Assembly: GCA_017532725.1 (NCBI GenBank)
Contig: JAFXIZ010000019.1
Coordinates: forward strand, 6,525 to 70,524
Source: Bacteroidaceae bacterium
Lineage (GTDB): Bacteria > Bacteroidota > Bacteroidia > Bacteroidales > Barnesiellaceae_A
Length of the DNA: 64,000 bases
Direction: 5' to 3'
The notes below the pieces were generated by a model. The model searched no databases. It saw nothing but the letters and a program-made list of their open reading frames with translations, and was not told the DNA's origin. Positions 26,895 to 35,563 of this stretch are shown here, in pieces (position 1 is the first letter of the stretch; every line of letters begins with the position of its first letter). The position numbers were made by a program, and so were the translations under genes.

Positions 26895-27989
26895 GTGGTA
26901 ATTATGCCTAAAAAACTCAATACGATTGTTATGACCGACATATATCCTATACTACCCCCGAATGTGATGCCCGACAAGTCGCCGTTGGTCATTGCCGGCC
27001 CGTGTAGTGCCGAGAGCGAGCGTCAAGTGCTTGATACGGCAACCCAATTGGCCGATATGGGCGTAAAAGTGTTTCGTGCAGGTATATGGAAGCCTCGCAC
27101 CAAGCCCGGTGGTTTCGAGGGTGTCGGCAGCGTGGGACTGTCGTGGCTTAAGCGAGTTAAGCAGGAAACAGGTATGTTCACTGCCACCGAGGTTGCTACC
27201 GAACAACACATAGTAGAGGCTCTTGATGCCGGTGTGGATATATTGTGGATAGGTGCGCGTACTACGGCAAGTCCTTTTGCAATGCAGCAGATTGCCGATG
27301 CCTTGCAGGGTGTTGATGTGCCGGTCTTGGTTAAGAATCCTGTCAATCCCGATCTTGAATTGTGGATAGGTGCTATACAACGACTTTATAATGCCGGTGT
27401 GCGTCGTATTGCTGCAGTGCATCGTGGATTTACATCATACGAGAAACACCTCTATCGCAACCTACCCCATTGGCACATCCCCATTGAGTTGCGTAGGCGA
27501 ATGCCTCAAATGCCCAACATAGGCGATCCCAGCCACATAGGTGGCCGTCGTGAACTGATTGCTCCTCTTGCACAACAAGCCCTCGACTTGGGGTTTGAGG
27601 GTCTTATCATCGAGTCGCATTGTTGTCCCGATGAGGCCTTGAGCGATGCAGCACAGCAACTTACGCCCTCGATGTTGCGCGATGTCCTTGCCCAACTTGT
27701 TGTGCGCGAAACATCGTTGATGACCGAAACACTCACCGAGTTGCGCCGTCAGATTGACGGTATAGACAATCAATTGTTGGACTTGTTGGCCGAGCGTATG
27801 CGTATCTCACGCGAAATTGGTGCATACAAGAAAGAACAAAATATGCCTGTCTTGCAAGCGCAGCGTTACGACGAAATATTACAGAAACGTATGTCGCAAG
27901 CCGAGGTGTTGGGTATTAATCCCGAGTTTGTTAAGAATGTATTGCAGGCTATTCACGAAGAATCGGTACAGCAGCAAGTGAAATTGTAA
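26895..27989 (+). CDS. bifunctional 3-deoxy-7-phosphoheptulonate synthase / chorismate mutase type II
   Basis: The N-terminal ~260 aa are a KDO8P/DAHP-synthase I-beta type TIM barrel (GPCSAESE, KPRT.PGGFEG, GDPSH). The C-terminal CM_2 domain carries LRRQIDGIDNQLLDLLAERMRISREIG. The start may be ATG at 26904. Confidence 0.9.
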   Translation: MVIMPKKLNTIVMTDIYPILPPNVMPDKSPLVIAGPCSAESERQVLDTATQLADMGVKVFRAGIWKPRTKPGGFEGVGSVGLSWLKRVKQETGMFTATEVATEQHIVEALDAGVDILWIGARTTASPFAMQQIADALQGVDVPVLVKNPVNPDLELWIGAIQRLYNAGVRRIAAVHRGFTSYEKHLYRNLPHWHIPIELRRRMPQMPNIGDPSHIGGRRELIAPLAQQALDLGFEGLIIESHCCPDEALSDAAQQLTPSMLRDVLAQLVVRETSLMTETLTELRRQIDGIDNQLLDLLAERMRISREIGAYKKEQNMPVLQAQRYDEILQKRMSQAEVLGINPEFVKNVLQAIHEESVQQQVKL

Positions 27990-28281
27990 AATTAGTCGAT
28001 TGTTTATTGTTGTTGAGGGGTGTAATTTCTCAACATCCCCCCTTGCTCTATTCTTCCGGTGTTCGATTGTCAATTAGTTATAGCACAAGTATAAATAAAA
28101 AAATAGCCCATTGCTCACGCAGTAGGCTATTCCCAAATTAATTTATGATGAAAAGGTTATTATGTGTTTTAACACACTACAAATATAGTTACACATTACA
28201 TTATAAACAATTCTTTTCGACAAACAGGGGTAATTTATCGACCAAAAAGAGCGTTTTTATATTGTAATAGTGTGTTGTTGT

Positions 28282-29094
28282 TTAGTCAAACATTACACGA
28301 GGATTCATCTGCGAAGGTGTTTTCCACTCGATATTATATTGCTCGGCAAGGATGGCTTGCTTGATGCTCCATATCTCAAAACACATTCCCATTGCATAGG
28401 CTTGGTTGCCCATTCTGTCGCTAACTTCTTTTTCGACTTTGTCAATAACGGCTTCGTACTCCTCGCTATACTCGATGGGGTCTTTTTTGAGGTGACCTGT
28501 ATAGGGGTTTTGTTCTATTTCTCGCACGTTCTCTTCGCCCAGAAGAGCCGTAATCTCTTCTTTGAGAGGTGCATACCAAGTGTCGCACGCAGTGAGTGTG
28601 GCAAGTGAAACGAGTTGCTCGGCTGCATCTTTGAGCGCATCCTCGTTGGGCTCAGAGCGTTTCTTCTCATAGCCATATTGCAGTGCGTATAGTTTCATCT
28701 TCAGGCGTGGGTGTCCCGAGCCTTTCAATATGTCGCATAAACGGTCGATAACGGCAGTGAGTGTTTTCAGTGACTCTTCATCATCGGTATCTACTCCGAG
28801 CATCATATCGTATGACTCTTGAGCAAGAGGTGTGGCAAGCCAACTGCGTTGAGTGCGATAATATGATTCTGCCAAGAGTGCGTTGCACATCAGCAAGTCG
28901 CCCATATGACAATTCTCGTAGTTGTCTTTAAGGAGTATCTCTCTTATGCTTTCGTATGCTATTACACCTGTTTGGAATGATTCCTCGGAATATGGTTCGA
29001 GTGATTGATGCAAAGCAACAATTTCGCCTACTCGTTCATTTACCGATTTGTTTGTGTTGTTGGCTATAGCCTTTATTTTGTTGTGATTATCCAT
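28282..29094 (-). CDS. hypothetical protein (270 aa), last gene of the uncharacterised cassette
   Basis: Coding-like ORF 20 nt downstream of the AAA+ gene. No signal peptide or TM segment, and no family recognised. Confidence 0.6.
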   Translation of the reverse strand: MDNHNKIKAIANNTNKSVNERVGEIVALHQSLEPYSEESFQTGVIAYESIREILLKDNYENCHMGDLLMCNALLAESYYRTQRSWLATPLAQESYDMMLGVDTDDEESLKTLTAVIDRLCDILKGSGHPRLKMKLYALQYGYEKKRSEPNEDALKDAAEQLVSLATLTACDTWYAPLKEEITALLGEENVREIEQNPYTGHLKKDPIEYSEEYEAVIDKVEKEVSDRMGNQAYAMGMCFEIWSIKQAILAEQYNIEWKTPSQMNPRVMFD

Positions 29095-29114
29095 ACTGTT
29101 TTGTGTTTAAATGT

Positions 29115-29801
29115 TTATCGTTCAAATACAAGTTCGCAATCGAATCTCTCGCGCAAGCCCTTATGCTCGTTTAGCATTCTTTCTACCTCGATGGGTGTTC
29201 CGGCCGCAATACATACAAGGTCGTCGGTGTGATTGGCAAGTTCACTCATCAGTGTATCTATTGTCTCTTGTACCAATGGGTCTTTTTCTTCGTTGAGTAG
29301 TAAGTGTATATCATCGATGAATAATACACCTCCCAATGCGTTGTCAACAGCGTTGCGCACTTTCGCAGCACTATGGCCTGCCTGATTGCCTACAAGGGCT
29401 TTCGACCATACGGCTATCATTTTGTATTGTGGCATTACACCCAATTCGTGCAGTATGTTGGCCAGCAGTCGGGCTACGGTGGTGCGACCTGTACAGGGGT
29501 TGCCGGTAAACAGGTATTTGCGAGGGAAACGCGAGGGGTAACCCATCATCTCGGTGCGTATGCGATCTTTTTGCACGAATTCTACAATTTCGTGTACTTT
29601 CTCTTTTACGGCATCAAGACCTTCCATATTATCGAGCATTGCCAAACTACGCGACAACTCTGTTTGTGGCTCGGTGGGTTGAGCCGGGTTGTCGTGTATG
29701 GTAGAGGGTGTGATTTCGTGTTTGCTGCCACATTGGCTGCAGAAGCGATCTGTTATTTGCAGGTCGGCTCCACAATTGTGACATTTTGTGTTTTGATTCA
29801 T
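29115..29801 (-). CDS. zinc-ribbon + CbxX/CfxQ/SpoVK-type AAA+ core with degenerate Walker motifs and no lid domain
   Basis: Zinc ribbon KCHNCGADLQITDRFCSQCG. LDNMEGLDAVKEKV...YLFTGNPCTGRTTVARLL corresponds to family GNPGTGKTTVAR. GGVLFIDDIHLL corresponds to family GGVLFIDEAY. ATG at 29801 is preferred because the 29885 start would overlap the upstream gene. Confidence 0.75.
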   Translation of the reverse strand: MNQNTKCHNCGADLQITDRFCSQCGSKHEITPSTIHDNPAQPTEPQTELSRSLAMLDNMEGLDAVKEKVHEIVEFVQKDRIRTEMMGYPSRFPRKYLFTGNPCTGRTTVARLLANILHELGVMPQYKMIAVWSKALVGNQAGHSAAKVRNAVDNALGGVLFIDDIHLLLNEEKDPLVQETIDTLMSELANHTDDLVCIAAGTPIEVERMLNEHKGLRERFDCELVFER

Positions 29802-29820
29802 ATATAGGGTATTAGATAGT

Positions 29821-30078
29821 TTAAGCGTAAGGTTCGGCAGGATCGACATAGTAATATTCTTTGAGCCAATCCAATGCCTCTTCATTACCCTTATCGGCGG
29901 CTTCGTTCATCCATTCGGCTATTAGTTCGAGTGCTTCCCAATTGGCTTCCTCAATGTAATAAGCAAGAGCCAAAGCAGCCTCGCCATCAGGGTCTTCACC
30001 ACAAGCAGCTTCGTACATTGCATCGGGTACTTCTACTTCGTAGGTTGTTGTTTCGTCGTATTCGTATGTCAGTAGCAT
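29821..30078 (-). CDS. 85-aa hyperacidic protein
   Basis: By hand count: 24 Asp/Glu against 2 Lys, with no Arg or His. Weak Sel1-like stretch AEWMNEAADKGNEEALDWL. Flanking gaps are 10 nt and 19 nt. Confidence 0.5.
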   Translation of the reverse strand: MLLTYEYDETTTYEVEVPDAMYEAACGEDPDGEAALALAYYIEEANWEALELIAEWMNEAADKGNEEALDWLKEYYYVDPAEPYA

Positions 30079-30088
30079 AGCAAATATT

Positions 30089-31000
30089 TTATTGATTGTT
30101 TAATAACTCTGCGTAATGATTGCTCTTTTCCTTATCGTCAATGCGGTCGTAGAAGTCGCGCATATAGATATATTGCTGTTGCAGCAGTGTTTCAGCCTCC
30201 TCGTTTTCGGGGGCTATTGTGCGCAATAGTTCTATGGCTTGTGTATAACGGTCGGTGGCTTTGTCGAAAAAAACGGTTGATACATAGAAATCGGCAAACT
30301 CTATAAGAATTTGCGATACTATGAGCGTTGCATCGACATTGTGGGCTTGGGCTATTAAGTTATAATATACCTCCACAGCCTCGATGTATGTGTCTTCTGC
30401 CAAAATATTGCGACCAAATCGGGCGTATGTGTTCGCCATAAAATAGAGGGCAAGGGCTACACTCTCACTGCTGTTTTGGCCGGTTTCATTGGCTATTTCT
30501 CGTTCTATGGCAAGGTGTTCTTCCATACAGTCGATGGCCTTGCGTACGTTTACGGCATCTCTATGCAGGAAACTTGCGCGAAGTAGCGAACGGGATAGTT
30601 TCGAAAGATATTCACCCCTATTCTCATCGACTTGTTTGCGACGAACGGATACTATTTCATCTTGAATATCAATCTCTTTCTTTAGATTTCCTTTCAACTC
30701 AAACAAGTCGGCATACAGAAACAGAAAATCGATGTATTCGGCCTTGTCAACTTTGTTGATGAGGTGTGGGTGAATGTTTTCGCACACAACAAGAGCCTGC
30801 TCATATTCGTGTTGTGGTGTATCGGCATTGATGCTTCTGAGGAATGTTTGTTCCTCTTGCCACAGGAGTAATGATTTTTCTGCAAGGTCTTTCATAGTGA
30901 TAGAATTATTTTGTAAAGTTACAATTATTTTTTTTATAGTAGAGGCTTTTTGATAATTATTTTTTATAGAGGTAAATACCTGTATCGAAAAAGTTGACAT
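30089..31000 (-). CDS. TPR-like all-alpha repeat protein
   Basis: Repeated ~34-40 aa helical-pair units (e.g. SVALALYFMANTYARFGRNILAEDTYIEAVEVYYNL). An alternative ATG at 30895 (MKDLAEKS...) is preceded by TAACTTTA on the minus strand. Confidence 0.6.
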   Translation of the reverse strand: MSTFSIQVFTSIKNNYQKASTIKKIIVTLQNNSITMKDLAEKSLLLWQEEQTFLRSINADTPQHEYEQALVVCENIHPHLINKVDKAEYIDFLFLYADLFELKGNLKKEIDIQDEIVSVRRKQVDENRGEYLSKLSRSLLRASFLHRDAVNVRKAIDCMEEHLAIEREIANETGQNSSESVALALYFMANTYARFGRNILAEDTYIEAVEVYYNLIAQAHNVDATLIVSQILIEFADFYVSTVFFDKATDRYTQAIELLRTIAPENEEAETLLQQQYIYMRDFYDRIDDKEKSNHYAELLNNQ

Positions 31001-31026
31001 TTCTTTTATCTCTCTCTTATTATCAT

Positions 31027-31034
31027 TAAATTTG
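31027..31034 (+). promoter_or_regulatory. candidate -7 box (TAAATTTG) for the divergent 439-aa gene
   Basis: Exact TAnnTTTG match 30 nt upstream of ATG 31064. The -33 element is weak. Confidence 0.35.
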
Positions 31035-31063
31035 TTTTTGATTACTAACTATGTATAATAATT

Positions 31064-32383
31064 ATGGAAAAATTTAATTTTTATACGGGCGAAGAAAATT
31101 CAAAGGTTTTGTGTCGATCGATAGGATTGACATATAATCACAGTACAATGGATATGTCTGTTGCCAATTCATCTCAAAGGCAACGAATGATAATACTTAC
31201 AGGTGTAAAAAAATTCCCTATTGAGTCGGAAAATTGGTGTGGTTGTGGCAAAACACAAATAAATGAGGTGACAGACCAATATGTCGATTTGACTTGGCGT
31301 GGTAGGAATTATAAGGCGTTTTTAAGAGATTCACTCCAAACAGGAACAGTATATTTGGATAACCCATACCTCAGCCGAGAGGAGGTTTCGATGGTGTATG
31401 AGTATTCCGAAGTGGATGCGCTGAAAGGTGCAGTAGGACTTTTTAATGATACGCGTATTGAGCATAAAGAGTCGCCGAGTACTATTGGCAGTAATTATGA
31501 TGCAGATGCAAGACATTATGTACTTACCTTATTAAAGTATGCTATCGATAACGGCTATAAGATGCTATATCCTTCCTATGCCCTACTGAGTGCGTGCAGG
31601 AATTGGTCTTCGCTTACGATTACCGATATGCCTACCTTTGTCCGATTGATGCAACAAGGAATCAAAGAGGGCTGCTTTGTCGGTGATAATACAACAGGTT
31701 TTGACAACTTGGCCGAGATATTAACATTCAACAAGTTGGAAGATTTGTTCGAGAATGTGCCAGGACTGAAAAAGGTCGTAGAACAAGCAGCCGAAAGAGG
31801 TGTTGAAATGGCGTCTTGGATTCTTGAAGGTGTATTTGAATACCACGAAATGACTGCTTGTGAAAACCCCGATAAGAAAGAGTCGGTGCTTATGATTCAT
31901 ACTTATATCGAAGGAGAACAACGGCGAGAGGATTATCATATCTATGTCGAGGAGCAAATAAAGCCCAATACTACGCTTGATTTGGGTTATGGCGTAACGG
32001 CTCATATCGGTGAGGTTGGCAAAGATTGGTTGAACCTTACTTGGGATGAAGAGGAACGATTGGAGCATAATTTTTATTGTTACGAAACCGAGCCAAAAGT
32101 GATAGAGGGAAATACACAAGCCTATCTTGAAATAAAGTTCGATAAGAGAAACTTGTGGAAGGAGTTTAAGATTTTGATGAACCATATCGACTTTAATCTC
32201 GTGTCGAGCAATCCCGATAATAAATATTGTATTGAAGGCGAAAAGCGTTGTGCATTGGAGTTGATAGAATTGCTGATAGAACGTGGCGATACGCACCTCG
32301 AGGAACTGAAGGGTATAATGTTGGAGAATGAAGATTGGACAATCTTTGGCTTGGACGGCGAGTATGAATATTGGCTGAAATAA
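31064..32383 (+). CDS. hypothetical protein (439 aa), divergent from the cassette operon
   Basis: Coding-like, AT-rich ORF with no signal peptide and no family recognised. Possible two-module internal repeat (INEVTDQYVDLTW / IGEVGKDWLNLTW). Confidence 0.6.
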   Translation: MEKFNFYTGEENSKVLCRSIGLTYNHSTMDMSVANSSQRQRMIILTGVKKFPIESENWCGCGKTQINEVTDQYVDLTWRGRNYKAFLRDSLQTGTVYLDNPYLSREEVSMVYEYSEVDALKGAVGLFNDTRIEHKESPSTIGSNYDADARHYVLTLLKYAIDNGYKMLYPSYALLSACRNWSSLTITDMPTFVRLMQQGIKEGCFVGDNTTGFDNLAEILTFNKLEDLFENVPGLKKVVEQAAERGVEMASWILEGVFEYHEMTACENPDKKESVLMIHTYIEGEQRREDYHIYVEEQIKPNTTLDLGYGVTAHIGEVGKDWLNLTWDEEERLEHNFYCYETEPKVIEGNTQAYLEIKFDKRNLWKEFKILMNHIDFNLVSSNPDNKYCIEGEKRCALELIELLIERGDTHLEELKGIMLENEDWTIFGLDGEYEYWLK

Positions 32384-32453
32384 TGGGATTGTTTATATAC
32401 AAGCAACGAGGATGAGCATCTGCTCATCCTCGTTCTTTGTATGAGTGCTGTCT

Positions 32454-34877
32454 TTAGAAGTTTATAGCGATTCTTACGTTGAGTTGTCGGCGTGTCAGGT
32501 AGTTGGGTACAGCATATTGTATGTTGTTTACATCGGTTACCCAAGTATATGAATTGACGTTGGCAAAGTCGAACAAGTTGAATACATCGACACCTATGGT
32601 GGCACTCTTGATGTTGCGCCAGAAGCCATATTTCGACCACTGCTCGTTGGCTCCTATCAATATATATGTTACGCCCAAATCGACACGCTTATATGCCGGT
32701 GCGCGGTAGTATCCGGCTGTGCGACCTTTCAACGGAGAGCCAAATGTAAGACCATCGGACAAGATACCTTTAAGACTCAGTTTGAGCATTGGCAGTTTGG
32801 GTACATAGTCTTGGAAGAAGATGCTGAAACTATATCGTTGGTCGGTAGGACGTGGTACGGTAACGCCGTTGATGGTTTCTTCGGTTTTCATCAGAGAGAA
32901 ACTCAACCACGAGTCAACACCCGGCACAAACTCGCCATACAATTTCATATCGACGCCGGCTGCATAACCCTCCGATTCATTCTTACCACTATACCACAAT
33001 TTGACGTTGTTTGCCTCGTATGGAATAAGGTCGTTCAACTTCTTGTAGTATGCCTCAAGAGAGAATTTAAAGGGGCGGTTAAATGCTCGGAATGTGTAAT
33101 CTCCTCCTGCTACAATCTGGATAGATTGTTGAGAGCGTATTTTGTCATTGAGTTGTACCACGAAGTTGTTATTACCTGTCGATACCGTATCGCGAAACTC
33201 CTTGTAGAAGGGGGCTTGGTAGTAAAGACCTCCGGCTACGCGAAATGTAAAGTTGCTGTTCTTCTCGGGGATAAATGTAATAGAGCCACGAGGACTCACG
33301 ATGCACTCGTTGTTGAAGTCCCAATAAGACAATCTCACTCCGGCATTGAAATTGAACAAACCAAAGTCGGTGCGTAGTCGGTAAGTGTCTTGCAGATATG
33401 CCGATAAGCGATTGGACGCCAGAGTGTGCTGTGATGAGATATTGTATATCATATGAATGGCATCGCCCTCGTATGGCAGTGTGTAGCCCACAGAGTCGCG
33501 CATTTCCCACTCGCGCAAGTAGTCGTATATCTTCTCGTGATTGTATGTCACACCCCAGCGAATATCATTTGCTCCCACTCGATGACCACCCTTGAGCGAA
33601 GCCGATATTACCGATGCCTTGAGGCGATTGCGCGCGTGTTCGTGGTATGTACCCACGCCCAAGTCGCCTTTGGCCGGTGTATTCTCTTGAGTGGTAGTGC
33701 CGTCTGCTGCCAATTCATCCAACCAATATTGTCCCGATATGTCGTATGATACATATTCGTTTGAACTGAAAGCCGAGAATTGAAACGATATTTCGTGATT
33801 CTTGTTGGGTGTAAAGTTGGTAGAGAAAGAGCCGAAATATGTTTCAAAAACATCTCTCTCCTTGCCGTCGAAATAGACGGTGAAACTCTTGGTGTCGTAT
33901 GCCGTACCGAAAGATGTGGTGCGCTCCATAGGGGTAAATTGGTAGTTGTTGATAGCAATGTTTCCCAATAGCGCAACCTCCCACTTTTCGTTAAAGCGAT
34001 AGGTCATAAAGGTTTGATAATCGAAGTACGAAGGGTCGTACTCGCCCTTGGTGTCAAGAGAACTCAACAACGTGGAGTTGGTGTGATAGCGCACACCGTG
34101 CAGTTGTGTGAAGTTGCCGGTATTATGCCCTACCGATGCCGTACCACCCAAGAAACTACCTGTCAGTGCTACCTCGAGTGCTTCGGGACGTTTGTATTGT
34201 ATGTCGAGTACCGACGACATCTTATCGCCATATTCGGCCGAGAAACCACCCGATGAGAACGATATGCCCGATACCAAGTCGGGGTTGATAACACTCATAC
34301 CCTCTTGTTGACCCGAGCGAACAAGCAAGGGACGATATATCTCTATGCCATTGATATATACGATGTTCTCGTCGAAGTTTCCACCACGCACCGAGTATTG
34401 TGAACTCAATTCGTTATTGGAGTTTACACCGGCAAATGTAGCCAACATACCCTCGATACCTCCCGATGTGTTGGGCATCAGTCGCATATCTTTGGCATTG
34501 ATTTTCTGCATTGTGCCTTGTTGTTTGCGAAATTCGGTGACAACTACTTCGTTGAGGTCGAAACTTGTCTTTTGCAATTGCACGTTAAGTTGTACTTTCC
34601 CTTTGGGATTTTTCAGCAGATGTTCTTCGCTTTTGTAACCCAAACAAGAGAAAATCACTACCACCGAGTCGGATGAGGCAACCTTCAATTCGTACTTGCC
34701 TTCAAGATTGGATGTAGTGCCTATTGTAGTGCCGGCTATGCGTATCATAGCCAATTCCAAAGGCTGATTGTCGGCATCTACTACCGAGCCCGATATCTTG
34801 GCAACTTCCTGCGCAACAGAGGTGATGGCTGCACATAGAAGTAATAAAATCAATATGAGTTTATATCTTATAGTCAT
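32454..34877 (-). CDS. TonB-dependent receptor with N-terminal carboxypeptidase-regulatory-like domain
   Basis: Signal peptide and a CarbopepD_reg-like ISGSVVDADNQPLELAMIRIAGT. Plug-like region, a long beta-barrel, and a C-terminal aromatic ending ...VRIAINF. Confidence 0.9.
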   Translation of the reverse strand: MTIRYKLILILLLLCAAITSVAQEVAKISGSVVDADNQPLELAMIRIAGTTIGTTSNLEGKYELKVASSDSVVVIFSCLGYKSEEHLLKNPKGKVQLNVQLQKTSFDLNEVVVTEFRKQQGTMQKINAKDMRLMPNTSGGIEGMLATFAGVNSNNELSSQYSVRGGNFDENIVYINGIEIYRPLLVRSGQQEGMSVINPDLVSGISFSSGGFSAEYGDKMSSVLDIQYKRPEALEVALTGSFLGGTASVGHNTGNFTQLHGVRYHTNSTLLSSLDTKGEYDPSYFDYQTFMTYRFNEKWEVALLGNIAINNYQFTPMERTTSFGTAYDTKSFTVYFDGKERDVFETYFGSFSTNFTPNKNHEISFQFSAFSSNEYVSYDISGQYWLDELAADGTTTQENTPAKGDLGVGTYHEHARNRLKASVISASLKGGHRVGANDIRWGVTYNHEKIYDYLREWEMRDSVGYTLPYEGDAIHMIYNISSQHTLASNRLSAYLQDTYRLRTDFGLFNFNAGVRLSYWDFNNECIVSPRGSITFIPEKNSNFTFRVAGGLYYQAPFYKEFRDTVSTGNNNFVVQLNDKIRSQQSIQIVAGGDYTFRAFNRPFKFSLEAYYKKLNDLIPYEANNVKLWYSGKNESEGYAAGVDMKLYGEFVPGVDSWLSFSLMKTEETINGVTVPRPTDQRYSFSIFFQDYVPKLPMLKLSLKGILSDGLTFGSPLKGRTAGYYRAPAYKRVDLGVTYILIGANEQWSKYGFWRNIKSATIGVDVFNLFDFANVNSYTWVTDVNNIQYAVPNYLTRRQLNVRIAINF

Positions 34878-34882
34878 ATATT

Positions 34883-34983
34883 ACTGTCGTAAAAAGAGTG
34901 TGCGAAATAGTCACTCATTATATCATTAACGGTAAAAAATGAATTTGCGTATAATTAACTGTAAAAAAATCGTGTGCGAAATA
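34883..34983. repeat. two ~27-nt imperfect direct repeats sharing the exact 12-mer GTGTGCGAAATA, 74 bp apart
   Basis: R1 at 34883-34909 is actgtcgtaaaaagagtgtgcgaaata. R2 at 34958-34983 is actgtaaaaaaatcgtgtgcgaaata. On the minus strand the core reads TATTTCGCACAC. The R1 copy starts 32 nt upstream of the TonB-receptor ATG. Confidence 0.7.
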
Positions 34984-34994
34984 TAAATAAGTTG

Positions 34995-35002
34995 TATATT
35001 TG
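34995..35002 (+). promoter_or_regulatory. candidate -7 box (TATATTTG) for the nitroreductase operon
   Basis: Exact TAnnTTTG match 27 nt upstream of ATG 35029. Confidence 0.35.
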
Positions 35003-35028
35003 CATATATCAATATTAAAATCGTTATA

Positions 35029-35553
35029 ATGGAAAACTTTCACGAATTATTGCTGACACGACACAGCATACGCAAATACACCGATGAGCCTGTATCGGGT
35101 GATGATGTAAAGTTGATACTTGAGGCCGGATTGATGGCACCATCGTCAAAACGCAAAACTCCTTGGCACTTTGTAGTTGTAGAAGATAAGGCTATGCTTG
35201 CACAATTGTCGCAATGTCGCGATGCCGGTGCAGGCCCTATAGCCAACTCGGCTTTGACAATAGTCGTAACGGTAGATATGACCCGTAGTGAGGCTTGGGT
35301 GGAGGATGGCTCTATTGCTGCTGTTCTTATGCAATTGCAGGCTCACGCATTGGGGCTTGGTAGTTGTTGGATACAACTGCGCAATCGCTCGTTGGGTGAT
35401 GAAGCCACCGAAGATATTGTGCGTGAAATGCTCGACATCCCCGAGACAATGGGTATTCTTTGTGCCATTACCATAGGTCACAAGGATGAGGAACGCAAGC
35501 CCTTTGATGAGGAAAAAATGATGTGGGAAAAAGTGCATATTGCCAAGTGGTAA
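35029..35553 (+). CDS. nitroreductase family protein
   Basis: RHSIRKYTDEPV, APSSKRKTPWHFVVV and GLGSCWI are typical of the NADH/FMN nitroreductase fold. Confidence 0.88.
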   Translation: MENFHELLLTRHSIRKYTDEPVSGDDVKLILEAGLMAPSSKRKTPWHFVVVEDKAMLAQLSQCRDAGAGPIANSALTIVVTVDMTRSEAWVEDGSIAAVLMQLQAHALGLGSCWIQLRNRSLGDEATEDIVREMLDIPETMGILCAITIGHKDEERKPFDEEKMMWEKVHIAKW

Positions 35554-35563
35554 TGTTGGCATA

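Noticed and set aside
28145-28267. A 40-aa ORF (MMKRLLCVLTHYKYSYTLHYKQFFSTNRGNLSTKKSVFIL) in the convergent intergenic region.
   Set aside because: It has an AT-rich random-looking composition, no promoter box and no recognisable family. It lies between two convergent gene ends where terminators are expected.
27990-32453. The uncharacterised cassette as a mobile genomic island or prophage remnant.
   Set aside because: I saw no integrase, transposase, tRNA attachment site or flanking direct repeats. Only the lower GC content hints at horizontal origin.
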